A stretch of DNA of 49,787 nt, the filler included, from Stramenopiles sp. TOSAG23-3 (lineage: Eukaryota), in NCBI GenBank assembly GCA_900128585.1. It is 4 parts of 4 records of this genome, joined end to end, with 100 filler letters (N's around TTAATTAATTAA, not from the genome) between each part and the next. Parts side by side here need not be neighbours in the genome. Positions count along the whole stretch, not along the records: positions 1 to 22,810 come from LT642326.1; 3 more parts are not named here. One strand, given 5' to 3'. The position numbers were made by a program, and so were the translations under genes. Positions 10,941 through 21,810 of the stretch are shown here, one piece after another (position 1 is the stretch's first letter; every line of letters begins with the position of its first letter). The notes beneath the pieces are model-generated. The model made no database searches. It saw only the letters and a list, made by a program, of their open reading frames with translations, and was not told where the DNA came from.

Positions 10941-11078
10941 ATGTGTAATAATACGTTTCAATTAAAATCTAAATATGCCATAACTTATTAATCATTGATA
11001 AAAAAATTGTGGTTTCTTTTTAATACAGTTGTTGATGAACTACATGTTAGAGGTATAAACTTTTCAATGTGGAATTAA
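10941..11078 (+). pseudogene. Possible decayed small ORF with one in-frame TAA
   Basis: Reads MCNNTFQLKSKYAITY*SLIKKLWFLFNTVVDELHVRGINFSMWN*; final stop directly abuts the RING gene stop at 11079. Confidence 0.25.
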
Positions 11079-11552
11079 CTAATGTATAAAAATATTTCTT
11101 TCTCTTAATTTAAACCTTATGATGGAGCATTCTGTTACCCCACTTTTTGCCAATTCGTCTAGTTTATCTGCGAACATCAACATTAAAGGGCGAATTGAGA
11201 CGAACAAGGAAATGTTTTCGTAAAAATAAACGATATATTCCCGGATTATTTCCCGAATTTTAATCCCTTGTTTCTCAACACCATGCGGACGAATGTTTTC
11301 AAACTCGTCAATCATTTTTCTCATAGTGCGTGTTGCAGTTCCTCTTCTGAAGCGAAATGAACTGGACCGCAATACCCTTTTGTTTAGGGATGCTAACTCA
11401 AAACATTCTTGGTCCGTGAATTCTGCCCTGCAGTATGGACAGTTTTGTTTCAATTTAGTCCATTTCACAATACAGTCTGTACAAAACTGATGGTTGCATG
11501 ATGTTTTTACAGAACAATCATGCTCATAACAAATATTGCATTTGTTTGTCAT
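11079..11552 (-). CDS. C3HC4 RING-finger protein (putative E3 ligase), giant-virus-like
   Basis: CNIC-x8-CNHQFCTDC-x3-W-x6-CPYCR; AT-rich codons unlike neighbouring genes. Confidence 0.85.
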   Translation of the reverse strand: MTNKCNICYEHDCSVKTSCNHQFCTDCIVKWTKLKQNCPYCRAEFTDQECFELASLNKRVLRSSSFRFRRGTATRTMRKMIDEFENIRPHGVEKQGIKIREIIREYIVYFYENISLFVSIRPLMLMFADKLDELAKSGVTECSIIRFKLRERNIFIH

Positions 11553-11671
11553 AGTATATATAGTAGTAGTGAGTTTTTAAGTTTTTAGTCTTTCTTTTGT
11601 GTATATAATAATATTACTTGAAGAGAGACGTGATAGTGTGGTTGTTTACTTTTTGCATCAAAATAACATTG

Positions 11672-11690
11672 AAATTCATTTTTATTTCGA
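11672..11690 (-). promoter_or_regulatory. 19-bp motif TCGAAATAAAAATGAATTT (copy 2), upstream of the RING gene
   Basis: Exact inverted match to 10563-10581, about 120 nt upstream of ATG 11552. Confidence 0.5.
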
Positions 11691-12392
11691 CTGTTTTTTT
11701 TCGTGAAAAATACCACAATACCTATTTACTTACATATATGTAGTACATATACTTGTATACTAAAATGAAAAATGTATTTTTCTTTTCTTCACATTAAACA
11801 TTAAACATGGAGCGGAGATATTGGATGGATTCGTGATAACTCAAAACTGAAAAAAAAGGATGAACATTGAATAGCATTGAATTGTACTTATAGTTGCACT
11901 ATATTTCTAATAGGTATTTTGCTATTTTCCTATGGTGTGTCAAGTTATATTTTGCACACTTAACTTCAAAAATTCCTATGTGTAACTCTATAAAACAATA
12001 AGTACGAAAAAAACTCAGTTTTTCGAGTAAAAAAAGAAAGTCGTCTTGAGAAAAATTGATGATTTGATGAAATTTAAGGACCCACATTTAGACCTATTAA
12101 TAACTCTATTTATCTGATGAATTATTTTATTATTAAATTTATTTATTTATTGGAAGAATTATTTTTGTTTATTATTTTTATTATTTTTTTTATTGTTATT
12201 TTAAAAATAAATTATATTTATAGGGGCGTTTCACCTGGTGCTGGACGACGATTTGAAAATTTACAAAGTAAGTATATAAATACAACTTAAGAATACGTCA
12301 TCATCAATATTTACTTTTTCTATTTTTTTACGAGTTTGGTTCAAAGGTTCTCAAGTATACTTTTGTTACCCTCTCTATATCTCGCCTTGAAT

Positions 12393-15090
12393 TTACCCTG
12401 AATCAGATTCTCTTTCGTCATCGCTGCCGCTAGAGTCGCTACTGCTGCTGCATTCAAACACGGCAAAAGAAGATACCGGCCGGCTAGTCGTCCTGGGCCT
12501 CTTATTGGACTTCGCACCCCTTGGCTGTACCACTTTCTTAACTTCGTCACTTTTTTTTACAAGCCTTGGCTGGGAAAAGGGACCTGTTTCCAACGCCCGA
12601 AAAAGTACGAGCACGAGGGCTTTGAACTCATTCCTCTCAGAGAGAGGACCCTCAGCCTGGTTTACAACAAGCCACTGACGTATGCTCCGTACAACTAGCC
12701 GCGCGGACCTCAGAAGCTGTAGCGGTGTATAGTACGAGTTTTGATCGTCCAGGGACTGCACTAGCGAGCGTTGCCGTTGTCGGAAAACTTCGTAGTGCGA
12801 TTTCAAGTGACCGTACTGCCTTTGCAGAGGGGACGAGGCCTCAAGGCACGGTTGTACTACTTGGCAAAGCTCCTCAACGGACGCCAAGCACGTTTTTGCA
12901 TCGCTTCCTATCGCTGCATCGTTTGGGCCAAGAAACATCTGGTCCCATGCCTTAATGACACCTGCCATGTCGACAATGACCTGTTTCACAACTGCTAGGC
13001 GCATGCGAAGGGCCCACCTTTGGTTCGACTGGTGAGCCATGCAGTCGGCAAAGGCTGTAATCTGTTTCATAAGGCCGTTTCCTAAAGCCTCCATTTGCGT
13101 CAGAACATGAGATGGCGTCTTCATACCCCCCGTTTCGTTTGCCAGAATCTTTGGCAAGGCCACTTCCATATCATAGACGCGGTCCAGCAACACTTGCAGT
13201 CTAGCGAAGTTTCGCCCTGGGTGTCCACTCTTCTTGCAATGGTCCGACAAAGGTTTGGGGATCCCGTACCCTGCCAATTTTACTACCCGGTGGATAATTT
13301 TGCCGAGGAAGTGCAGGATGTCTTTGCGCGCGCGGGAAGGAAGGGGAGCCATGTTAGTAGATGAATAAAAATGGGAGGAGGCGATAGTTGCAGAACTTAC
13401 AGCGGGGATCATTGCTCAGCGGGCAATGCTGGACAAACTCTTCCAGAATATTTCGGCCTTGCTTCATACTCATTTTTCCGGCTTTCACCGCATTGCGGAC
13501 GTCCTCAAAAGTGCTAACGGATTTGTATTTCATTGCTTTCTGGTGCATCTCAAACGTAGAAACAGGTTCCCACATGCGTTGAAGCTCTGGCGTTGACGGG
13601 CGGCCCCACAGTATGACACCTGCTACGTCTTTCGGCACCAGAACGTCGAACGGGGGGCTGCTGGCAAATATCACAAACAACTGCCCCGTGCCAGAGGCGC
13701 CTCCGTTGCTCGCCAGCGCATTCTCGATCCCCGCCTTCAACAATTCGCGAAAATACACTGCCAGCAAATCCAAGGAATGGTTCAGCATGTCTGCGTGCGT
13801 TTTCCCTGTGGGATCGTATATATGATGGTGAACTGGTCGAAGGATACCGTCGGAAGAATCATCTAGTCCTACAAATTCACGGTAGTACCGTTTCCTTTGC
13901 TGTGGGGCCAAAGCACTGTATTCATGGCGAACACCGCTGCAGGCTTTGAAGATCCTGTTCCGCGAATTATCGCCTTCACGTACGTCCCACTTGCGCTTCT
14001 CACGTGTCTTTTTCGCCCCCGATTTCCCCGAAAAGTTTTGGCTCCGGGGCCTTTTCTTGCTCTTCCAGTAGGACATTCGGCTGACTAGAAAGGTGCACGC
14101 AAACCGAGAGTGTTCTGAAATATTACTGCAGTCGTCCCCGAGGCCAGATCCGGCGCCAAGGCCTTGGAGGTCAACGTCAAGAGCGTCCACGGTGCGCTGA
14201 AGGTTGTCCATCACACTGGTGCATTTGTGTCGAAAGTTTGAACGGTTGGAATCCACGGACGCAGGCTCCATGTACACCATTACATTATGCAACCGTTTTA
14301 TTTGTTCGATGTGCCGCTGGCTTGCCATTGCGAGGTCTGGGCGGACGCTTTGAATGTGTTTTCCTTCCAGGCACGTTTCACAGAATTCAACGGCCTTCTT
14401 AGCAATCAGCTTTCCCACTTTCCACATGTCGCCAGTCGGCCGACGGAGCGAGAGAAAGTTTCGATGGTTCAAAAAGCTGCAAAAATCCTGGAGCTGAGTG
14501 GCAAGTTCTGACACTTTGGCACGTCGCGAGTAGTACGCCGAGCGCACAAAGTTTGCGTTTAGGTGCGCTACGTGGGACAGGAGAGAGCGAACATCATGAG
14601 AGTGTAAAGAGTCCTGGAAAGCGAGGAGTTGCTTCCACAGGATCCCATCGCCGCCGCGGTCCAAAAGATACCAATTCTCTATTTTCGCTGGGCTTGCCGA
14701 ATTTTTATTCACAGACAGGGAAATAGACGTTTTGCTCGCGGCCCCGTATGCGCGAGATATAATGGGCATGTTGTAAGCAAGCCCAGTGTCGTCCGCCACC
14801 ATCCCCTGTTCAGCGCCAACCGACCCTCTCGACATTTCTACCAGTGCGTTCTGCACGTGGAAAGATATTGGATTTTTATGGCGCGCTGACGCAATCAGCG
14901 TGCCCATCACATGGTAGTGTAGAACGTACATGAGCTCGTCAAAAACACCCCGCAAAATATCTCGTGGGCCTTTTAGGTATGGGTCGTACGTTTGCCCGAG
15001 AAGCTCGGCCGTATGAAACTGCGGGGATGCATGAAGGACGACTTCGTCCCCCCCGGTGTCGGCCGCACGTTCGTTGGCCAACTGTGACAT
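12393..15090 (-). CDS. Hypothetical protein, 872 aa, two exons (15090-13401, 13321-12393)
   Basis: Removing intron 13400-13322 joins the 578-aa and 339-aa ORFs in frame (...NDPR-Y-ILHFLGK...); 1690+929=2619 nt. Confidence 0.8.
13322..13400 (-). other. 79-nt phase-1 spliceosomal intron
   Basis: GTAAGT donor, perfect TACTAAC branch point, pyrimidine tract, AAG acceptor; restores the reading frame. Confidence 0.85.
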
Positions 15091-15479
15091 TGCACTTGTG
15101 CAGCCGAGCTACTTGGCCCGAAGGTAGTTTAGCAAAGGGATGCTGCAAACACAGCGTCGTGCCAGCAGAGATGGCACGTGTAGCAGGAGTTGGTATTGTA
15201 AATTTTGATGGAAGCGGTGATGAATTATAGTGTGAACAAGGGATAATTATTAAATCAATACCGATAGATAGAATTGACTGTAATAATGATTTTGGGTACC
15301 TAGTTAGTACCTGTTCGAACCGGTAAAAAACCCATCCATCAATTTATTCAACCTTGTTGTTTGTTGTTCTTCTTATTACTTCTTACCCTTCTTCAAAAAC
15401 AATATAAATTATATAATAATATACTGCTGTGTCAATATTAAATTATATGAGATGTGCATTCTTTTTTCTATTCTGTTTG

Positions 15480-15535
15480 TAGTAGCTGGTACAATAATTG
15501 ACATTTATAGTAGCTGGTACAATAATTGACATTTA
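15480..15535. repeat. Perfect 28-bp tandem duplication
   Basis: tagtagctggtacaataattgacattta x2, followed by ta. Confidence 0.9.
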
Positions 15536-15961
15536 TACCCTATCATATTTGTACTATTTAAATATTACCTACCCCAAAATTTGTATCTTAAAAAGGATCG
15601 TCTTCGTTCGGTAAGTTGTCCTCGTTTTATTGCTATAATAAATACCTTGGTATAATAGGACTATAATAATAGTCAAGTAGTAAGAAGAAGAAGAAGAAGA
15701 AGAGAAGAGGTTTCAGAATAATAAATAATGAATGCCGAATGCCGCCCGACGACGACAAAAAAAAAAATAATAATAATAATAATAAAAATCCCCACAAAAA
15801 AATTGTTATTGCTTCTTGGGGTGTAATATGATTTAAACATAATACAAAATATTCACTCTATACGAAAGAAAAAAACGAGAAAATGTGATTTGTTGTGACG
15901 TTTCTGCATGTTTATACTGGGTCCTACTTTTTAGATACTGGTACTCACGTATACAATAAAA

Positions 15962-17410
15962 ATGTCGAAAAAACGAAAACAAACGATCACGTATAATGGG
16001 GGAGATCAAGAATACTGGGTGAACACATATGATATGGGAGATCAAAGGAGCTTATCCTCGTTGGCTCCCATCGCTGCGGAGAGTGGTTTGGATGATTATG
16101 GGATAGGGATGCAATTTCAAACATACGCTTGGTCCCCCGACAGCAAGAACATTCTGTTCCCATTTCCAGTAAATAACAAAAAAGGCGAACAAGAGATGTG
16201 TCTGCACGTGTTTGACACGGACCGCATGCAACTGACGGTGAAGGTAAATACTGGGGTGGAAGCATTTCGTGCACTTAGTTGGTCCCCAAAAGGGGATGTA
16301 TTTGCCGCTCTGTTCTACGACACGTGTAAAATATACAATAGCGGCACGGGAAACGTAGAGCAAACGATACAAATCCAGTGTGAATATAGCCGTCTGAGCA
16401 TAGCATGGTCCGTAGACGGGACCACTTTGTGTCTCCCAACGTCCGACTATTTGTATTTTTACGAGGTTGCGACCGGAAAAGAGCTTCGGCGGGTGCATTT
16501 TGATGGCGTTGGATCTGAGCCGCAGGCGTTGGCATATTCTCTAGATGGCATGTTCTTGGCAGTTGGAGACTCTTACTTCGGAATCTCAATATTTAAGCTG
16601 TCCACGGCTGCGTTTGAATGCACGCGACTGGCAAAAGTTCGCGGTGCAGTAAGCTCATACGATTTTATCAGTCCAGAAGCTGCATCTGGGAATATGAAGA
16701 GCTTCGGCGGCGTTCTAGCCATGTCGGCACATAGGAAAGAGTTGTTGAGAAAGAAACCAAAGCCAAAGAAACGTAAATTGGGGGACGCGGCGATGTTTTT
16801 TCATCGTAGGGTCATCCCGGATTCAGGCCATGTTGCAGACAGTGGTATTACAAGCCTTTGCTGGAGCCCAGATGGCAACCTGTTGGCCGCTGGCGATTCT
16901 GCGGGAGGCGTGCACGTTTGGAATATGGCGACTGGAAGAATCCAGTTTGCTTCAGAGGATATCGAATGGACAGATTACTACGACCAAGACCAGTTCGCCG
17001 AACTGCTTCAGAACAGGGGCGCGCATCAAATATGTTCCCAGCGAAAACGGCCACCAACAATAACAGTGCCGAATCTGAACAACCGTTCAAACCATTTGAA
17101 GGACGGTAACTGCCGGGCGTCACCTTGCTGGCTATCGTTTTCAAGCAAGGGGGACAAATTGTACTCATGCAACGGCCATGTGCGAATCTGGGACGTTGCC
17201 AACGGTGTCAGCACAGTCCATTGCTCTGCACACGCATGCTGCTCCATGTCACCCGACAGCTCGAAATTGGCAGGGTTTTACTACGACCCGGATGGCTACA
17301 TAGAAGCCCCCCCGAAACTGCTCAACGACGACGCGGTTGACGATAGTGTCAAACTGTGCGTTTCGAACTTTGACGGGAAGAATGATGGTGCACAGTTAAA
17401 AAAAGAATGA
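15962..17410 (+). CDS. WD40-repeat beta-propeller protein
   Basis: Repeated AWSPDS, SWSPKG, AWSVDG, AYSLDG, CWSPDG...VHVWN, VRIWD blades. Confidence 0.85.
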   Translation: MSKKRKQTITYNGGDQEYWVNTYDMGDQRSLSSLAPIAAESGLDDYGIGMQFQTYAWSPDSKNILFPFPVNNKKGEQEMCLHVFDTDRMQLTVKVNTGVEAFRALSWSPKGDVFAALFYDTCKIYNSGTGNVEQTIQIQCEYSRLSIAWSVDGTTLCLPTSDYLYFYEVATGKELRRVHFDGVGSEPQALAYSLDGMFLAVGDSYFGISIFKLSTAAFECTRLAKVRGAVSSYDFISPEAASGNMKSFGGVLAMSAHRKELLRKKPKPKKRKLGDAAMFFHRRVIPDSGHVADSGITSLCWSPDGNLLAAGDSAGGVHVWNMATGRIQFASEDIEWTDYYDQDQFAELLQNRGAHQICSQRKRPPTITVPNLNNRSNHLKDGNCRASPCWLSFSSKGDKLYSCNGHVRIWDVANGVSTVHCSAHACCSMSPDSSKLAGFYYDPDGYIEAPPKLLNDDAVDDSVKLCVSNFDGKNDGAQLKKE

Positions 17411-18478
17411 TCCCCGGCGTGGTTGTCTCGGAACAGTTAGGATCGTAAAATGGCTTTGTACACGAGGGACGGGAACTCTGAAATGTAATTATCTACTAGA
17501 GAATACAAAATATTTATACATTCGAGGAGGAATCTCTTAGCCGTCTCTATTATACTACGGTGCCAAGAAGGTTCGAAGAAGTACCAACAGGCGTTCTAGA
17601 CAATATACTACGAAGTAAGTGAATGAATGAATAAATAAGAAAGAGACTGTGTAAACGAGGAGGAGAAGTCTCTTCATAAGCTTATAAATGAGGTTTTGTT
17701 GTAAAAAAAAGGGGGTTGTTGTGTTGTTGTTGTTTCTTAATATTATTAATGTCACATATAAATAACACACAATGTTATTTATATATATATACATGGTGAG
17801 TAAATACATAGCAATAACATTGCATGTTTCATAATTTTTATTAATTTTATTATTTTCGCTCTTTTTTTTTTATTACATGATGTACTCATATTATATATAT
17901 TCGTCTAGGCATTTATTATTTTACGATCTATTTTTTGCAGACGACCATCTTCAAGTAGACTTTTACAGTGCTGTGTTTATGTTAATTATGAGATTGTATC
18001 CAAATTAAAAAAGATTTCTTAAAATGTCCAATAAATAAATAGCTAATATAATAAAAATAGAACGACTGACTATAATAGTCTTCAATCTATATTATAATAA
18101 AATATCGGAGTTGCGTTGCTGTGTTCTTGTGCGTGGGTGTGTGGGTGTGGTTTGCTGCTTGGATAGTCATTGATATCTTTTTTTATTATTTTATTTTACT
18201 ATTTTATTATACTTATAATATCATCATTATAGTCTCTATGTACTATATAATATTATTTAAAAAAAAAAAAACTTTATTATTTTTTCTTCCTCCTTGTTGT
18301 ATGTAATTGTGCTCCTCGTAACAAATGAGAAGAATAATACCCAGTTGATCTCGTCCGTCTCCAACTCCACATCCAAAATATACATTGACGAAAAAGAAGC
18401 GAGCAAAAGTACACGCGTGACGCAGGGGAAAACAGCACACCATACATTCAAAACCAAATCGAGATTTGCCAAGCCAAC

Positions 18479-21400
18479 ATGGCTGCGCCTACCAACCAAC
18501 TTGTCGGTGGGGAAGTTTTATTTGAGCGTACTACGGGTAGTAGCAGAGACGCAACACAAGAAATCAAATACGGCTTAAGCGAAAATTCTCTTGTATCTGT
18601 GTTTATAGGAGGGTCTATGACAGGAAACTTGTCGGAAGAAGAACCATTTTCAATATCGGTTGAAGTTGAAAGTAGAACTTTTGAAGGATTTACACTAAAA
18701 ATGCACTCCAGCATTGAGTCTTGTTTATTTTGTTACGTAGTTGCAGAAGGTGCAGATACGCCTGAGATTAAGTCTGGGAAGGTAGAAATAGCGGAAGATG
18801 ACTTATCAAACGATGAACAGGTGGAAAAAGACCTTACTGGCATACCTGACAAAAATAAGCTTTTTATAGCATTTTCCAAAATTGAAAAAGTAGCAGACAG
18901 AGCGAATTTGAGAGTTGAAGCTAAAACTATCGACGACGGTACGGCTATACAATGTAAAACGTGGTCAAATACGAAACTGGGGAATGTGGAACTTACATGG
19001 TTAAGTCTTCCACAAACATATAGTCTGAAAACCATCGAATCCTCGGGAGATTGGGATGATGACGATCCTTTAACTTTAGATCGTTTAGAAACAGATTGTT
19101 TAGAAACAGATCGTTCCGACGAGATTTTCGGGATTACTACGCTAGACATCGATAATGTGAAACCATTCAAATTCTCCATAGTCCCAAATGAATGTATAGA
19201 AGGTACTATTTGGAAGTTATCTGGAATGTTTTTACCTTTGAGGATAAAAAAAACCCGAGTTAAAACAGAATTAGAAAAGATAAAAATATTGCAGGCTGCG
19301 ATTTGCCTTTCCATGGAGGCTATCCAAAGATATGATGGTAATATAGATGTGAACACAATACCTTTTAGTGAGTTGAAGAAATTATGGATGCCAGATGAGT
19401 GCCCCACCAAGATTTGTTATGATACATTGGCAGAAAAGGGTCATCCTTTTGGCGAAAATGGCACGGGAGTAAAAAAATTTTTACTTCAATCTGTATTTCC
19501 TCCTCCTGGAGCAAAAGTAACAGATGAAAAGATGAGTGACTTTCAAATCTGGGCTACGGGAATGCTCCTTCTAGTATTGAAAAATGAGGAACTTTCTTGT
19601 AAAAATATCTTTCTATACCTAACAAGTATATTAAACGAGCGCGATATTGCGACGGACGAACAAAAAGAGTGTTTATACGACACAATTAATTCCGATGGCA
19701 GAAGGAAAATCAACGAAAAGTTTTATTCTACTGAGAATGAATGGGTAAAAATGTTTGCGAGTACAGTCAATCAAATACTGGACATATACGGAGAGAATTA
19801 CAATGAGTTTAAACGGGAAGACACAATTTTGTATTGCTGGATATTGTTGAATCAGGGGAACAATGGGTGGACTTCTTACTTTCCGCGATATATGCGATAC
19901 GCAATTTTGCAAGAAGTATACGGCCAGACAGTGTTTGAGATGATACAGGACTATGAAAAAAGCTTTACACGATTACGTGGCTTGCGTTGGAAAAAATTTC
20001 ATATTAACGGTACCTTTGAGAAGGAGAATATAATAGAAAACTGTCCTGAAATAGAAGACACTTTTCTAAAAGTTGCTTTGGATTTCGTCGACTCTGGTGA
20101 GAAGGAGTACCCGTACCTCGACGCATTCTCGAGTGCTTTCCAGTTTTTACAGAAAAGAATAAAGGATGACTCGGAAAATAAACGTGGAAAATCTCGCGGA
20201 TTGTACGTTAAACTAATTTCTGATTGTTTTATAAAATGCTTTGATGACGACCACAAGCCTGGTAATCTTGAAACAATGTTTGGAAAAATTATTTCTGCTT
20301 CTTGCGATGAATCCTTTTTAAAAGAAAGAGCATTTAGTTTTCTTGTTTTTCTTGATTTTCTTTTGGACATTGCAGACAAGTTAGAAGTGAATCGTATGGA
20401 CCTTTTTTTCAATTATTTGGAAGCGAAGTCAAACGACTCCATCTTAAATTCAGACACCATCAACCATATTTGCAAGTTAAAGAACTGCCCGAAATTTGTT
20501 GTTGACGATGGTAAATTTGTATCGGCATTTATACAAGTAACCGGCGAAGGAAATAATAGTATTAAAGTCGACGAAAACCTGTATTGGGCGTGCAAACTTG
20601 TGAGTCTCCCGCTATATTATTATGGACCAGAAGCGGTGGGCGATACGGTTTTTCTGCCACAGACGATATGCAAGAGACTAATTGCAACGGAAAATGAAAG
20701 TACAGAAAACACCATCGTCAATGTCAAGAGTTTTGTCAAAAAACGAAAGGAAAGGAAACGAATAAAAATTGGTAGTTGGAACATAGCATTTATGATGGGA
20801 ACGGACACGGGTAAGCACGACGAAAAGAGCTACAACACCAAAATTGAATGGATTGCAAGCAAAATCAACGAGTCTAAATGCGATATAGTAGCACTACAAG
20901 AATTTTTAAAAAATACCCTAACAGTAAAGAAGGGCGGGGAAAACGAACAAAAGACGGTAGAAAATGTTAAACACCATCTTCTCAGCGAATTAAAGAAAGC
21001 GAGCTACTTTAAACCTTGGAAAATACTAACCGGAGGTTCGTTGGCCTTTTTATACGATTCGTCGGTTATAAGATGCGATGCGGATGAGATGTCCGACATT
21101 ATATATGAAAACAGGAATGATGTGGATGATAACGTTAAATATGATAAAACCAAAATGGAGAGACCTCCAATATTCGCATTCTTTCGGACGCCTACGTTTG
21201 AATTTGCACTGTGTAACTTCCACATAAAATCCGGAGATGCCGGGGCAAAGGAAGAAGTCGAGTATTTCACAAGTTATTTAGTACCTGGTTTGGAAAGAGA
21301 ATATAAGGAACGAGCGAAAAACATAATATTCTTAGGCGATTTCAATTTGTCCGCCTTTGGAAAAAAATCTCCACAGCCCAAAGGGGCATGGAATACGTTG

Positions 21401-21763
21401 ACAAATCGGCATTGGGCGCCGAGAATATATCATCCAACGAATGTGTATGCAGGTAAGGAGTGGGAAGGAAAACAGGAAAAATGGTACGATAATATCTTTG
21501 TGCATAATCTTATTGAAGGCACCAAAGTAATTGCACCAGCTGTTAGTGAGGTAGTCCTGCGTAGGGAGAAATACAAGTGTGATTTTGTACTCCCGGTAGT
21601 CGGGGAAACCGAACTTGGCATCTTGGCGGGCAAGAAAAAGAGCGGCAAGGAAACGTATCGTATGTTGAAGAAGAACTATACCGACCACAATTTGGTATTT
21701 GTAAACCTAGACAATAACAGGAAAAAGCTAATACATACAGACCGTGTAATGCGGTTCCGGTGA
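18479..21763 (+). CDS. H-type lectin-like repeats + helical region + EEP (DNase I-like) endonuclease/phosphatase domain
   Basis: C-terminal IGSWNI, DIVALQE, NFHIK, IIFLGDFN, PTN, YDNIFV, TDH motifs; N-terminal repeats such as NLRVEA...KTWSNTKLGNVELTWLSL and IFGITTLDID. Confidence 0.8.
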   Translation: MAAPTNQLVGGEVLFERTTGSSRDATQEIKYGLSENSLVSVFIGGSMTGNLSEEEPFSISVEVESRTFEGFTLKMHSSIESCLFCYVVAEGADTPEIKSGKVEIAEDDLSNDEQVEKDLTGIPDKNKLFIAFSKIEKVADRANLRVEAKTIDDGTAIQCKTWSNTKLGNVELTWLSLPQTYSLKTIESSGDWDDDDPLTLDRLETDCLETDRSDEIFGITTLDIDNVKPFKFSIVPNECIEGTIWKLSGMFLPLRIKKTRVKTELEKIKILQAAICLSMEAIQRYDGNIDVNTIPFSELKKLWMPDECPTKICYDTLAEKGHPFGENGTGVKKFLLQSVFPPPGAKVTDEKMSDFQIWATGMLLLVLKNEELSCKNIFLYLTSILNERDIATDEQKECLYDTINSDGRRKINEKFYSTENEWVKMFASTVNQILDIYGENYNEFKREDTILYCWILLNQGNNGWTSYFPRYMRYAILQEVYGQTVFEMIQDYEKSFTRLRGLRWKKFHINGTFEKENIIENCPEIEDTFLKVALDFVDSGEKEYPYLDAFSSAFQFLQKRIKDDSENKRGKSRGLYVKLISDCFIKCFDDDHKPGNLETMFGKIISASCDESFLKERAFSFLVFLDFLLDIADKLEVNRMDLFFNYLEAKSNDSILNSDTINHICKLKNCPKFVVDDGKFVSAFIQVTGEGNNSIKVDENLYWACKLVSLPLYYYGPEAVGDTVFLPQTICKRLIATENESTENTIVNVKSFVKKRKERKRIKIGSWNIAFMMGTDTGKHDEKSYNTKIEWIASKINESKCDIVALQEFLKNTLTVKKGGENEQKTVENVKHHLLSELKKASYFKPWKILTGGSLAFLYDSSVIRCDADEMSDIIYENRNDVDDNVKYDKTKMERPPIFAFFRTPTFEFALCNFHIKSGDAGAKEEVEYFTSYLVPGLEREYKERAKNIIFLGDFNLSAFGKKSPQPKGAWNTLTNRHWAPRIYHPTNVYAGKEWEGKQEKWYDNIFVHNLIEGTKVIAPAVSEVVLRREKYKCDFVLPVVGETELGILAGKKKSGKETYRMLKKNYTDHNLVFVNLDNNRKKLIHTDRVMRFR

Positions 21764-21810
21764 TTAGACACATTTGAACCGAACTTACGAAAGAGTTCAG
21801 TTAATTTAAG

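Noticed and set aside
10989-10991. Stop-codon reassignment suggested by in-frame stops in island ORFs
   Set aside because: Conserved genes terminate with TAA, TAG and TGA normally; decay or chance is a simpler explanation
13350-13356. TAA-C-ATG stop/start coupling suggesting a bicistronic or reinitiation arrangement
   Set aside because: The TAAC is part of a TACTAAC branch point within a canonical intron whose removal fuses the ORFs in frame
20760-21763. LINE retrotransposon (APE endonuclease)
   Set aside because: The EEP domain is C-terminal, with no reverse transcriptase or poly(A) tail
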